Part shown: one piece after another, positions 23,672-33,690 of the stretch
Position numbering within the stretch: position 1 is the stretch's first letter
How the letters are laid out: every line of letters begins with the position of its first letter
Assembly: GCF_000143415.4 (NCBI RefSeq)
Contig: NW_003314286.1
Coordinates: 635,766 to 699,765 of the forward strand
Direction: 5' to 3'
DNA length: 64,000 bases
From: Selaginella moellendorffii
Taxonomy: Eukaryota > Plantae > Lycopodiophyta
Notes under the pieces: generated by a model
Seen by the model: only the letters and a program-made list of their open reading frames with translations
Told to the model about the DNA's origin: nothing
Databases searched by the model: none
Position numbers and translations under genes: made by a program

Positions 23672-25978
23672 TCATCGAATATTTACCAGATTTTGGTAAG
23701 TAATAGGATGTTTATAAGCTTGCAAGTTGAGAATTTCCAAGCTAGCCCTCTTGGCTCGTTCTTTGTCTCCAAAAAGCTTGGAAGCTCCTAGCAAAACCAT
23801 CCACGATGCTACATCTGGGAGAAATGGCATGCTATGTAAAAGCTCCTCCGCCCTCTTAAGGCGTTTGGACCTGGCCAGCATCTCAACCACAGCGTTGTAA
23901 TGACATAGCTCCGGAACAAGACCGAAACTCCCGACCATCCAATGAAACACATGCCACGTGTCACTCCACATGCCAGCGTGGCAGTAGCCCACCAGTAGCG
24001 CCAGGAATGTGATGCCATCCGGCACCGCCCCCTCAAGCACCATGGCACCAAAGCACTGCCCGAGGATATTCCCATGCCCGTGGTGGGCATATCCCGCCAG
24101 GAGGATATTCCACGGCACCGCGTCGCCACCGCGAGTCGCCGCGGCGACGAGCTCCTCCACCTGCGGCAGCCGCCCCGCGGCGGAATATGCCGCTGCGATG
24201 GCGTTGCGCGATGCCGCGCTCCACGCCGGCATCCGATCAAACGCGAGCCTGGCGTCGTGGAGGCGATCCGCGAGGAAGTAGGCGGTGATCATCGCGTTCC
24301 AGGAGATGCCGTCCCTCTCGGGCGCCTCGTCGTGGATCCTCCGCGCCTCTAGGGCATTGCCCACGGATCCCTCGGCGGCGATCATCGCGTTCCAGGCGAC
24401 CGTGTCCCACTGCGGCATCTTGTGGAAGGCGGCCCTGGCCTGGCGGAGGGAGAGCTGCGCGTGGGCGGCGATCAGGGTTGTCCAGGATACCACATTCTTG
24501 TGGATTTGGGGCAGGGAATCGAACGCGCGCAACGCCTCCGCTGCCCGCCCGGCGTGGATCAGCCCCAGCAAGAGAATGTTCCAAGATACCACGTCCCAGT
24601 GAGGGAATCTCCCAAACAGGGCGTTTGCTCCGTCCGTGAGGCCCCTCTCCGTGGCCAAGATTCCCAGCAGCGCGTTCCAGGCAATGGCGCTCCTTTGCGG
24701 CATATTCTCGAACACCGCGAGAGATTCCTCCAAATGCCCGCGCTGGGCATTTGCCTGGAGAAGAGCTGCCCAGGATGCCCCGTCCCAGGCGGGCATGGCG
24801 TGGAGCATATTCCACGCCCGCTCCAGATGCCCGGCCTGCGCATATCCCGTGACCATGGCTGTCCACGAGAGGGAATCCCTGTGGGACATTGCGTCGTGGA
24901 GCTGGCGCGCTTCTTCCACGAGCGATGCCTGCGCTAGGGCTTGGATCAGGGACGTGATCGCGATCACGCTTGTCAGCGGCATTCTGTCAAGGAATTCCTT
25001 GGCCAGATCGAAGCGATTGCTCTGGGCGCACGCCAGGATCATGGAGTTCCAGCTGATGGAGTTTCGCTCGGGCATTCCCAGGAATTCCGCGCTGGCGAGC
25101 TCGATCTCGCCGATCCGGCCATAGGCCGCCACCGCCGCCGTCGCAGACACCACGTCCCACTGTGGCATCCTGTTCTTCACCTCCATCGCCGCCTCGATCT
25201 GGGCGTGCTGCCCGAATCCCCCAAGCGCCGCGTTCCAGGAGAAGACGTCCCTCTCCGGCATCGCGGTGAACGTCTCCAGGAGCTCGTCCAGGAGCCCTTG
25301 CTGCGCGAGCGCCTGGATTGCAATGTTCCAGGCCACGGCATCGCGCATCGGCATCAACTGGAAGATCGCGGACGCCTCCTCGACGAATCCCAGCTGCGCG
25401 TAGGCAGTGAGGATGCTGTTCCAGCTCAAGCCATCCCGCTTCTCCATCCGATCATAGATCTCTTTGGCTTTCAGCAAATGCCCATTCGCGGCATTCACGC
25501 GAATTATCGCGTTCCAGGCCACAACATCGGGCTTTCTAATCTTCCAGAAAATCTCCATCGCTTCTTTGACAAGGCCGTGCTCTCCGTACGCAACCAACAC
25601 CGCCGTGTACGACACAACGTCCGGCCGAGGCATCTTCTCGAGCTTGGCCCGGGCATGGTGAATATGCCCATTGTGGGCATATGCCGCGATGAGGATATTC
25701 CACGAGTATGTATTGGGCGAGTGTATGGCATCAAACACTCTTTGCGCCTCGCCAACGCTGCCGCACTTCCCATACATTTCGAGCAGCGCATTGGCCAGGA
25801 ATCTGTCCGTGGAGAGTTGGTCGCTGGCGAGAATATCCGCGTGGATTTGCCGGCCCCTGGCGAGGTCGCGCAAGCTCCCACACGCCCGGACGATCCGGGC
25901 GAGCGCTAAAACCTCTTGCTGGTCGCCCAAAATTCGCGTTTGATCCTCTCTCGCCAGCCGCAATAGCGACACCCTCAT
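23672..25978 (-). CDS. PLS-class PPR protein with E domain and no DYW
   Basis: RACGSLRDLARGRQIH...NALLEMYGKCGS, tandem SWN/DVVSW motifs, FGLVPELCHYNAVVEMLARS...MPFLPDVASWMVLLGAS. Confidence 0.95.
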   Translation of the reverse strand: MRVSLLRLAREDQTRILGDQQEVLALARIVRACGSLRDLARGRQIHADILASDQLSTDRFLANALLEMYGKCGSVGEAQRVFDAIHSPNTYSWNILIAAYAHNGHIHHARAKLEKMPRPDVVSYTAVLVAYGEHGLVKEAMEIFWKIRKPDVVAWNAIIRVNAANGHLLKAKEIYDRMEKRDGLSWNSILTAYAQLGFVEEASAIFQLMPMRDAVAWNIAIQALAQQGLLDELLETFTAMPERDVFSWNAALGGFGQHAQIEAAMEVKNRMPQWDVVSATAAVAAYGRIGEIELASAEFLGMPERNSISWNSMILACAQSNRFDLAKEFLDRMPLTSVIAITSLIQALAQASLVEEARQLHDAMSHRDSLSWTAMVTGYAQAGHLERAWNMLHAMPAWDGASWAALLQANAQRGHLEESLAVFENMPQRSAIAWNALLGILATERGLTDGANALFGRFPHWDVVSWNILLLGLIHAGRAAEALRAFDSLPQIHKNVVSWTTLIAAHAQLSLRQARAAFHKMPQWDTVAWNAMIAAEGSVGNALEARRIHDEAPERDGISWNAMITAYFLADRLHDARLAFDRMPAWSAASRNAIAAAYSAAGRLPQVEELVAAATRGGDAVPWNILLAGYAHHGHGNILGQCFGAMVLEGAVPDGITFLALLVGYCHAGMWSDTWHVFHWMVGSFGLVPELCHYNAVVEMLARSKRLKRAEELLHSMPFLPDVASWMVLLGASKLFGDKERAKRASLEILNLQAYKHPITYQNLVNIR

Positions 25979-26141
25979 GAATCTGGCATTGTTCTAAGTT
26001 TTTGCGAAAGCGAGAGTTAGCGTGGAGAGGTCTTTCAAATGACTTGACTTTGAATGGAAGTTCTCGTTCTTTTCTCCCGCATTGAAAATCTTTGGCGTGT
26101 TGGAAGAAGTTTTCCATCGAAACTTCACTCCCTGTATGAAC

Positions 26142-26160
26142 CTCTCTCTCTCTCTCTCTC
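26142..26160. repeat. (CT)n microsatellite
   Basis: CTCTCTCTCTCTCTCTCTC between the PPR start and the MGAT2 3' end. Confidence 0.9.
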
Positions 26161-26234
26161 AAACGTTCTCTTTTCTAGCTAGCGTATGGAATGGAATTCC
26201 TTTCCTTCGTTTCTATATCTTCGTCTTCTTCTTC

Positions 26235-27524
26235 CTAGAGGCGATGGCGATGGCGGTACATGGACGCAAACTCCATGCACAGCTTCTGATCCCTGCGATC
26301 TCCCCATCCCCCCCACCCGGTGAACTTGTGGGGATAGTTATAAACATGCCGCGAGACCTCCCAGCTGGGATCGATGTTCATGATCCGGTCCTCCGGATCC
26401 ACTTGCGGGCGCTCCTGCGTGAAATCCTGGCACTCGGGTTTGCCATCCTGGTGCCCCTGGTGTAAACCACACCGCCCGAAGTGTAGCGCGCTCGTCCTCG
26501 GCCCCCGGAGAGTGTAAGCCTTCTCGTCCCAGGACGGATACACCGACGACCACAGCGTGATGTCCCAGTTGTAATCGTCGAAGTGGCAGAAGGTGGCGGC
26601 GCTCGAGTGGAGCTTGTTCCACATCGTCCGGTTGAATCCATATCCCATGTTTCCGATCTTCTCGGCGACGAGAAAGTCCCCCCGCTCGCCCCGGTTCTTG
26701 ACGTCCCAGGGGGCCAAGTTCACGGCCCAGCAATCCGGGCACTTCTCGCCGGTGATCCTGGCCAGCGTCTGGATGTTCCGGTACGCGTTTGGGAACAAGT
26801 AGTGATCCTCCTCTATGAAAACTATGTGCCTGTTGTAACCCCGAGTCTCCGGAAGCCCGTCCCAGATGGTGTTCATCATCCACCACCAGTGGTGTTTGAG
26901 CGAGACGATCCTCGGGCTGCGGTGGTTTCCATACTGATCCGCCTGCCCCTCGCACTTCTTGGCCACCGGATCGTCCTTGTTCTTGCAATCGCCGGGAGAG
27001 GTCCCCGGGAAGGACGAGGGGAAGAGGTGTGGCGAGTAGGCCGCGAAGAGCTGCTTTACCTGGCAGAAGTCGATCTTCTCGACGAGCTCCGCCATCTCGG
27101 GATAGAACCCATCGTGGCTGACGATGAGGAGCGTCTCGTTGATCCCCTCCACGCGCGAGAGGCCCTCGATCACCACCCGGAGGTACTGTGGCCGGTTGTG
27201 GACGTAGAGCACGACGATGATGTGATCCCTGGCGAGCGCTGGGAAGAGTTCACTGTTGCGCGGCGGCAGCGCGTTTCTTCCCTGGGCCCAGAGGGAGGAA
27301 TTGGTGCGCTCGCGGACAATGGTCGGGTCCTGGATCTCTACGCCCTCCTGGACGAGCGCCTCCTTGGGGACGATGATGGGACCTAAGGCTCGCCCGCCGC
27401 CGGGGGTGGTGTCGAATCTGGCGAAGCCCGAGCCGCTGAGCAAGATCCCCACCACGGAGATGAGAATCAAGAAGGCGAGCAGCAGATGCTGGAGATTGGG
27501 GCGCGCCCTGCCGCTGCTCACCAT
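26235..27524 (-). CDS. MGAT2: Alpha-1,6-mannosyl-glycoprotein beta-1,2-N-acetylglucosaminyltransferase II (GT16)
   Basis: Type II membrane anchor; VHNRPQYL, LIVSHDG, SLKHHWWW, FIEEDHY, FDDYNWD, GWGGWGDRRD. ATG at 27524. Confidence 0.95.
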   Translation of the reverse strand: MVSSGRARPNLQHLLLAFLILISVVGILLSGSGFARFDTTPGGGRALGPIIVPKEALVQEGVEIQDPTIVRERTNSSLWAQGRNALPPRNSELFPALARDHIIVVLYVHNRPQYLRVVIEGLSRVEGINETLLIVSHDGFYPEMAELVEKIDFCQVKQLFAAYSPHLFPSSFPGTSPGDCKNKDDPVAKKCEGQADQYGNHRSPRIVSLKHHWWWMMNTIWDGLPETRGYNRHIVFIEEDHYLFPNAYRNIQTLARITGEKCPDCWAVNLAPWDVKNRGERGDFLVAEKIGNMGYGFNRTMWNKLHSSAATFCHFDDYNWDITLWSSVYPSWDEKAYTLRGPRTSALHFGRCGLHQGHQDGKPECQDFTQERPQVDPEDRIMNIDPSWEVSRHVYNYPHKFTGWGGWGDRRDQKLCMEFASMYRHRHRL

Positions 27525-28177
27525 TTCCGCTGGATCATGCCAAGAGCTCAAGCGGATCTTTCTTTTAGGTTGAACTACCAAGAAAGCGTGGCGCCAACGG
27601 CAGCGCGGAGAATTTCGCCAATACCTGTCCCGATCGATCGACCCTGGCGATCTTGCTCCGAAATTCGCCGCTTGGCGCCGCCATTGTATCGTTCCTGGGG
27701 AGGAGGAAAGAAAATCCAGACAAAGCCCCCTTTAACGAACACAGTTTATCGAGCCTTATCCAACGGCCGTTGATGCCCATTTCCTATAAACCGTTGGATC
27801 TTTAAACCCTAAGCCCTTCGTGGATTAGGGTTCATGATCGGGTGCGCGAGGATAGACGAGAAATTGAGGGGCGAGGACAGGAAGCTGGGGCGGGAAGATC
27901 TCGTAAGGATTGCTTTTGATCGAGACGGCGCCACTGAGGAACTGGCGTCGCGAGGCGGCAGAAGCGGAAGAGATCGAGAGGCCGAGGAATGCGATGGACG
28001 ATGAAGCATGGCGCGAGCTGATCGCTACGATCAAGAGAATGCTCGTCGGGAGAGTTGGATTGCTTAAACCCTAGGCCCTAAGCTTTCCTCTTGGCGATGG
28101 AGCCGAGCAGGTTTGCTTTTCTTCTCTCTCGATTGATCCAGGGAAATGCGGCAGGAATCGGCGGATGATCGCTCGCG

Positions 28178-30049
28178 ATGAATCGGTATTTCCCGAGAGT
28201 GCTGCTCGCGCGGCAGCGGCGATTGTCCCTCCTCCAGCAGCACATTCACGCCGCGAGGGCTCCAGCGGTCAGGGATGCCTCCTCGGATAGCTCCTCGGAT
28301 GAGGAGGCGGAGGATCTTCCACCCAGGGGTAGCAACAGGAATATTACGAGCGCAAGGAGCGATCTTGCTGTTGTGAATCCCTCCGCGGCGGGCTCGTCGC
28401 TGGATCTCCCCGCAGCAGCGGCGGAATCCAGCCTCGCCGCCGCCGAGAGCTCCGAGAGCTCCAAATCCCTCTCGCTCGTCGCTCGCAACGTCCTCCTGAT
28501 CGCCAGCGACGAGGACCACGACTGGGCGAGCAAGGCCGAGTACTTGCAGCCGTGGAGCGGCATGGCCACCGAGGACGACGTGATCCACGTCCTGGAGAAC
28601 ATCAAATCTCCCAAGCTCGCCTCCCGCGTCTTCAAATGGGCAGCTCGCCAGGAGGATTTCCAGCACACGGTCTTCACCTACAACGCCTATCTCAACGCTC
28701 TCGTCAAGGGCGGCCATGGCTCCAAGGCACGCAAGATCTTCGACGACATGCTCTACAAGGAGTGCCTCCCAAACATCTACACTTATGGGATCGTTCTCCG
28801 CGGCCTCTGCGACGATGCCAAGACCGACGCGGCGCTGGAGCTCCTTCAGGACATGGAATCCAAGATGCTCACCCCGACCACCTTCATCGTCAACATGCTC
28901 GTCAGCTGCCTCTGCAAGAACGGGAAAGTTGACGCGGCCTACGAGCTCTACAAGCGGCTCAGCGACGAGTGCTCGCTGGACAGGATCTCCTACAACATGC
29001 TGACTTACGGGCTGTGCAAGGCGGACCAGATCGACCGTGCGCTGGCGGTGTTCGGAGAGATGGAGGAGAATGCCGTGGTTCCATCGCTGCTCACGTACAA
29101 CGGGCTGCTGTATGGGTACTGCAGAGCCGGCAGAATGGAGCAAGCGATGACTTTGCTGGAAGAGATGATCGAAGGGAAGAAAGGCAGCGACGTTGTCCCG
29201 GACATGTACTCGTACAACACGGTGATCAGCGGGTTTTGCAAGGCCAGGCAGCTGCCTACCGCGCGGTACGTGCTGCGGAGGATGATCAAGAGTGGATGCA
29301 GCCCGAATGTGGTGACCTTCAACACGCTGCTCGACGGGCTGTGCCTGACCGGGAAGCTGGACGAGGCCAACGCCATGTTTGAGTACATGGTGGAGAGGAA
29401 CTGCGAGCCGACGGCTGTGACTTACACCGTGCTCATAACCGGGCACGCCAGAGCTCTCCGCATCGACAAAGCCAACGATTACTTCGTGGACATGCTTCGC
29501 CGGGGAGTGGAGCCGAATGTTTACACGTACACCGCGCTGATCGGGGGGCTCTGCGACGCCAACAAAGTCGAGGACGCGCTGGAGATCCTGAAGCGGATGT
29601 CGAGCACCGGGAGGGAGCCGAATGTGGTTACGTACACGAGAGTGATCGGTGCTCTCTGCAAGGGCGGACAGATCGAGCGAGCGACGAAGCTGTTCAATGA
29701 CGCGATGGGGAGTAGGACGGCCAAGTGCAAGCCGGACTCGTACGCGTACAGCACGATCGTCTACTGGCTGTGCCGGCAGAGCAAGTTCCTGGAGGCGTAC
29801 GAGTATTTTCTCCGGATGGTGGAGTCCAAGCTCGTGGCCAAGCCGCACATATACAAAGCTATGGCGGACGGGCTGGAGCTGGTTCAGGAAACGGAGAAGG
29901 TGGAACGCGTCTGCCTGGAAGCAAGTGCTCACGGCATTGAGCTTCAGCAGAAGGACGCGCCGCAGCCGCTGAATCCACATTTACCACGAAGGAAGGCCAG
30001 GAAGGAGGTCTTTCTTCACAAGTGGGAGATAACCAAGAGAGCTATGTAG
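28178..30049 (+). CDS. P-class PPR protein with an organellar targeting-like N-terminus
   Basis: Intronless 623 aa with canonical 35-aa P motifs (PNVVTFNTLLDGLCLTGKLDEA, PNVYTYTALIGGLCDANKVEDA); Arg/Ser-rich N-terminus. Confidence 0.95.
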   Translation: MNRYFPRVLLARQRRLSLLQQHIHAARAPAVRDASSDSSSDEEAEDLPPRGSNRNITSARSDLAVVNPSAAGSSLDLPAAAAESSLAAAESSESSKSLSLVARNVLLIASDEDHDWASKAEYLQPWSGMATEDDVIHVLENIKSPKLASRVFKWAARQEDFQHTVFTYNAYLNALVKGGHGSKARKIFDDMLYKECLPNIYTYGIVLRGLCDDAKTDAALELLQDMESKMLTPTTFIVNMLVSCLCKNGKVDAAYELYKRLSDECSLDRISYNMLTYGLCKADQIDRALAVFGEMEENAVVPSLLTYNGLLYGYCRAGRMEQAMTLLEEMIEGKKGSDVVPDMYSYNTVISGFCKARQLPTARYVLRRMIKSGCSPNVVTFNTLLDGLCLTGKLDEANAMFEYMVERNCEPTAVTYTVLITGHARALRIDKANDYFVDMLRRGVEPNVYTYTALIGGLCDANKVEDALEILKRMSSTGREPNVVTYTRVIGALCKGGQIERATKLFNDAMGSRTAKCKPDSYAYSTIVYWLCRQSKFLEAYEYFLRMVESKLVAKPHIYKAMADGLELVQETEKVERVCLEASAHGIELQQKDAPQPLNPHLPRRKARKEVFLHKWEITKRAM

Positions 30050-30099
30050 CTCCTTTGGTCGAGGTAAGCTATCAATCATTCTCCAGGAGGGGCCATGGA

Positions 30100-30305
30100 G
30101 TGCCAGGGACCGGAGCTCAAATTCGCTCCAAGGGACTGTGCCATGAACAGAGCAGTCGTGAAGGCCTGAAGCCCGACCTCAAGAGGTACCTGTTTTGAGA
30201 TTTTCACCTCGCTGCTGCGGGACTTAGCGCATTGTGATTGCGGCACAGATGTGGGTGCGAGTTCTCTCCCGGAGAGAAAACGGTGGTGAAGATGCAACAA
30301 GTGCA
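30100..30305 (+). pseudogene. Remnant copy of DUO1 (exon1-intron-exon2)
   Basis: ATTCGCTCCAAGGGACTG, AAGCCCGACCTCAAGAGGTACCTGTTT..GAGATTTTCAC, GCATTGTGATTGCGGCA and GTGGTGAAGATGCAA match 31473-31681 including the intron; frame destroyed. Confidence 0.92.
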
Positions 30306-30439
30306 TAGAGGAAGAGACGTGGCCGATCGAAAAGAATTGAAGCGTTTGGGATTGTCATAGCTATAGTTGATACGGTTTATAAAAGATGACAAGAAGGTTT
30401 GATTGCGCGGGAATTTTAGTGTGGATTTCAAAAGCCCTC

Positions 30440-31140
30440 AAGCCCTAGGTCTATTTCCCGCGGTGGAGGATCTTGCGAGAGCTTCATTCATCTCCGGTGC
30501 CACCGTGCGCCGCCACGACTTCATGGTAGAGCATCTCCTCCGGCGTTCGTCTCTCTTGGAGATCCCTCTAGTCGCCAGGGCTGTCCGCGGATCACAAGGT
30601 CCACCTGCAAATGTACGCCCTCGCTCGACCGCCGGAGGAGAGAACATCGTTTTTCATTCGCACTGGTGGCAGCACTGGATCATTCACAGCGGAGGAGCGG
30701 CATGGCCTCCCGCGTCTTCAAATGAATTTCCAGGACGCGGCCTCGCCTTCCTCCTCCATCCAAGATGCTCGCCCCGGCCAACTTCATGCTCGTCGGTCCG
30801 CAAGAACGGGAAAGCCCACAAGGGACGAGTGCTCGCTCAAGTCTTCTACAACAGACTTCCGGGCTGTGCAACTGTAGAGCCCGGGAGAATGGAGCAAGCG
30901 GTGGTAGAGGTGATCGAAGGAAAGAAAGGCAGCGACGTTGTCCCGGACATGTACTCGTACAACACGGTGTTCAGGGGCATGGTACGTGCTGAGGAGGCCG
31001 GCGGACGGGGTTGGAGCTCGAGAAGGTGGAACGCGTCTGCCTCGCAGCGAATGCTCATGGCATTGAGCTATCGCTGCGCTCAATCCACATTTACCACGGA
31101 GAAGGTCTTCATGCTTGACGAGATAACGAAGAGAGCTTGA
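30440..31140 (+). pseudogene. Heavily deleted copy of the P-class PPR at 28178-30049
   Basis: GRMEQA...IEGKKGSDVVPDMYSYNTV and the terminal EITKRA are shared; ~1.9 kb has collapsed to ~0.7 kb with frameshifts. Confidence 0.9.
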
Positions 31141-31337
31141 GGTGCGTTTCGAATCACTCTCTCCATACTTGCGTGTTTCGATCGTCTATCCGGATTGACT
31201 CGCCCAGGTAACGGTCACTCAAAAAAGTTTTGGGCCACCTTGTACAAAAGAAGAAATGGCCGTACTGGGAAATCTTGGCAGATGCCCGGAGAGGACGCTG
31301 CTCGTTGTTGGTCACGCTTGACGAGCCAAGAGCAACG

Positions 31338-32788
31338 ATGGTGGTGACCAAAACAATGCAACACCGGCAGGGTGGCGACCAGGTGGTGCTACGGAAGGGC
31401 CCGTGGATGCCAGAAGAGGACGAGGTGCTGCTTGAGTACGTTCGTCAATACGGTCCCAGGGACTGGAGCTCCATTCGCTCCAAGGGACTGTTGCCACGAA
31501 CCGGGAAATCGTGCAGGCTTCGCTGGGTGAACAAGCTCAAGCCCGACCTCAAGAGGTACCTGTTTGAGATTTTCACTTCTTCTTTTCCCTCGCTTGTGCG
31601 GGACTAATCGCATTGTGATTGCGGCATAGAAGTGGGTGCAAGTTCTCTCCCGAGGAGGAGAAAATGGTGGTGAAGATGCAATCCAAGCTCGGCAACAAGT
31701 GGGCTAAGATCGCTTCGTATCTCCCTGGACGCACGGACAACGACGTGAAGAACTTTTGGAGCACCAGGCAAAAGCGTCTGCTGAGAGCCTTGCAGCGTCC
31801 GAAGCTGGGGTCCGGCGCGGCCCCTGGAAGCTGTGAGGCCTCCGCGGCTTCGTCCTCGGACGCGATTTACGAGACTACTGCTGCCAGTGAGCTGACAGCC
31901 TTCCAGGTGCGATGTTCAAAAGAAAACTCTCACAGTTCTTACGCTGATACGCTGAATCAACAGGTTCCTGGAGCAACAGTGCCAACCAACTTTGAGACGG
32001 CATTCTACTTTGGAGAAGACGAGCACCATGCAGGCTTCGAGGGCGGCAAGATGGAGCCATCGGAGCTTCCAAGTTTCGAGAATGGCGATCTCAGCATGGT
32101 GCCGAGGATGGAGCACATTGCAGCAGCTGGAGACCACCGCTTCTTTCCGGAGTCAGGTTTCTACTTGCCCGAACAACAACGAGACGACAGTGACGATGGT
32201 GCCATCGCGGCCCCCGCTTGCTACCAGAGCTTCCAGGGAGGCTCCGGCGGATCGTCGTCAAGGATCTCCTCCAAGGCTGGAAGCCGACGCTCAAAAGTGA
32301 TCAAGCGTGAGCAAGCGCGGTATGGTGTGGAAGAGAACGCGTCGGAAGAAGAGAGCTCCCATCACGATCATCGCCATCACGCCTTGCGCGGCAGCGGCGG
32401 TGGAGTTTTTGGCGTCAACTTCCTAGTGGAGCAGAGCAGCATCGGCGAGGCCAGCAGTGAGTTTGAGTTTCTTCTCCAGCAGGAAAGCCAGCAGCAGTGC
32501 TTGCTCGTCCACCACCACGACGAATTCCCGCTGCCAGGTTTGAGCGGCCATCACGGCCACTGGGACAAGCTTCCGAGCCTGGACTACTCCGCCGAGGTGA
32601 AAGGTAACGCCGCCACCGCGAGCATCGCCATTAGCAGCAGTAGCAGCTGTAGCAACTCCAAGACGGTGGAAGATTCATGCAGCCCCGACAGTGTTCTTGC
32701 CACTGCTCTTCCAGGGGACGTTTTCGACTGCTTGGAGCCGCTCTGCCCGGCATCGTCCTCCGAGTGGTGGATGACTAGAACAAGCTAG
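31338..32788 (+). CDS. DUO1: R2R3-MYB DUO POLLEN 1 ortholog (male germline / sperm differentiation regulator)
   Basis: KGPWMPEEDEVL...YGPRDWSSIRSKGLLPRTGKSCRLRWVNKLKPDLK, then RSGCKFS with the DUO1-diagnostic extra Lys, GRTDNDVKNFWSTRQKRL, and an acidic C-terminal DVFDCLEP. Intron 31556-31629. Confidence 0.93.
31464..31484 (+). promoter_or_regulatory. Candidate miR159/miR319-family complementary site in the DUO1 CDS
   Basis: TGGAGCTCCATTCGCTCCAAG, in the WSSIRSK codons where angiosperm DUO1 carries its miR159 site. Confidence 0.5.
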
Positions 32789-33690
32789 TTCCTTTGTGTT
32801 GTTCGTAAGAACTTATCACCATCTTTTTCTTTGTGAAAGTCATTATTTTCTAAAGATGTACGAGGTTTCTTCTTTAGTTTCTGCCATTCCAAATGTTAAG
32901 CATGTACCGTTCGACCTTGTCTCCCTGGGACACCAGCCATAAGATGGCGAGCCCCGGGGAGAAGTGCTGGCCTGGAGCCCTCTTCCGCTAAATTACCTTC
33001 CGAAAGAGCTCCTCCGGGTGTGAGCGGCAACTTCGACGGGCTTGTTCCTAGTGACCACGCAAGCCCAGCTGTTCATCACTTCTCACTTGCTGCTGGACTG
33101 CACGCCCTACACTGGAGCCCCAGATTGCGGGCTTCCATTGCCACTTTCCAGGCGTTCCCAGACTCGAGCTTCCGGGTGGTCTATGCCTCAGAGAATACGT
33201 CGATCGCCTTCAACAACTTGAAGCTCCATGTCTACGATCATCGCTGTGGTGCGGCAGTAGCGGCAGCCGGGGGAGTGGACACTGGAGCTGGCCCCAGATG
33301 GACTTCTACATGGGCCCTATACCCTTCAAGCTCGGCGAAGTGCCAGGTTTGTGCTCTTTTTTCTTGCCAGAAACCATTTTGTTTTTCTTTGCAGGTGCTG
33401 CGGATGTAAACTAGAGACGTTACGTAAGTTTCCATTCCTTGAAACGAAATAGTACCCCCATATCACTTTCTTCAGAGAGGAGTGTTCTGCCCGGCATCGT
33501 CCTCCGACTGCTAGATGCTAGATGCTAGAACAAAGCTAGTTTCTTTGTGTTGTTCGTCCATTCGAAGAACTTGTCAAAGTGATTATTCATACAAATAAAC
33601 ACGATAAGAGGTTTCTTCCTTAGTTATGACTTGCATTTGCGATTCCAACAAGGTTGAGCATGTTTCGCTCTTCCTTGAACCTCTCCAGAA
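32741..33690. repeat. ~190-bp imperfect direct repeat (32741-32925 and 33486-33690) covering the DUO1 and TLDc 3' ends
   Basis: Both copies contain TCTGCCCGGCATCGTCCTCCGA...CTAGAACA(A)AGCTAGTT..TTTGTGTTGTTCGT...GAGGTTTCTTC.TTAGTT...AGCATGT. Confidence 0.9.
32940..33410 (+). pseudogene. GC-rich gene fragment, weakly F-box-associated/kelch-like, lying between the direct repeats
   Basis: Coding-like blocks (AATSTGLFLV; PDSSFRVVYAS...KLHVYD) broken by a stop and frame changes. Family assignment is tentative. Confidence 0.3.

Noticed and set aside
27834-28005. Short charged ORF between MGAT2 and the P-class PPR
   Set aside because: No motif; it lies in a divergent promoter/5' UTR region with telo-box-like sequences.
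28064-29980. 638-aa antisense ORF, and similar long antisense ORFs over the PPRs, NUP214 and MGAT2
   Set aside because: Shadow ORFs of GC3-rich coding sequence with no independent motifs.
30403-31140. 245-aa ORF as a functional PPR-derived gene
   Set aside because: Non-ATG start; only short stretches are in the parental frame; extensive deletions.
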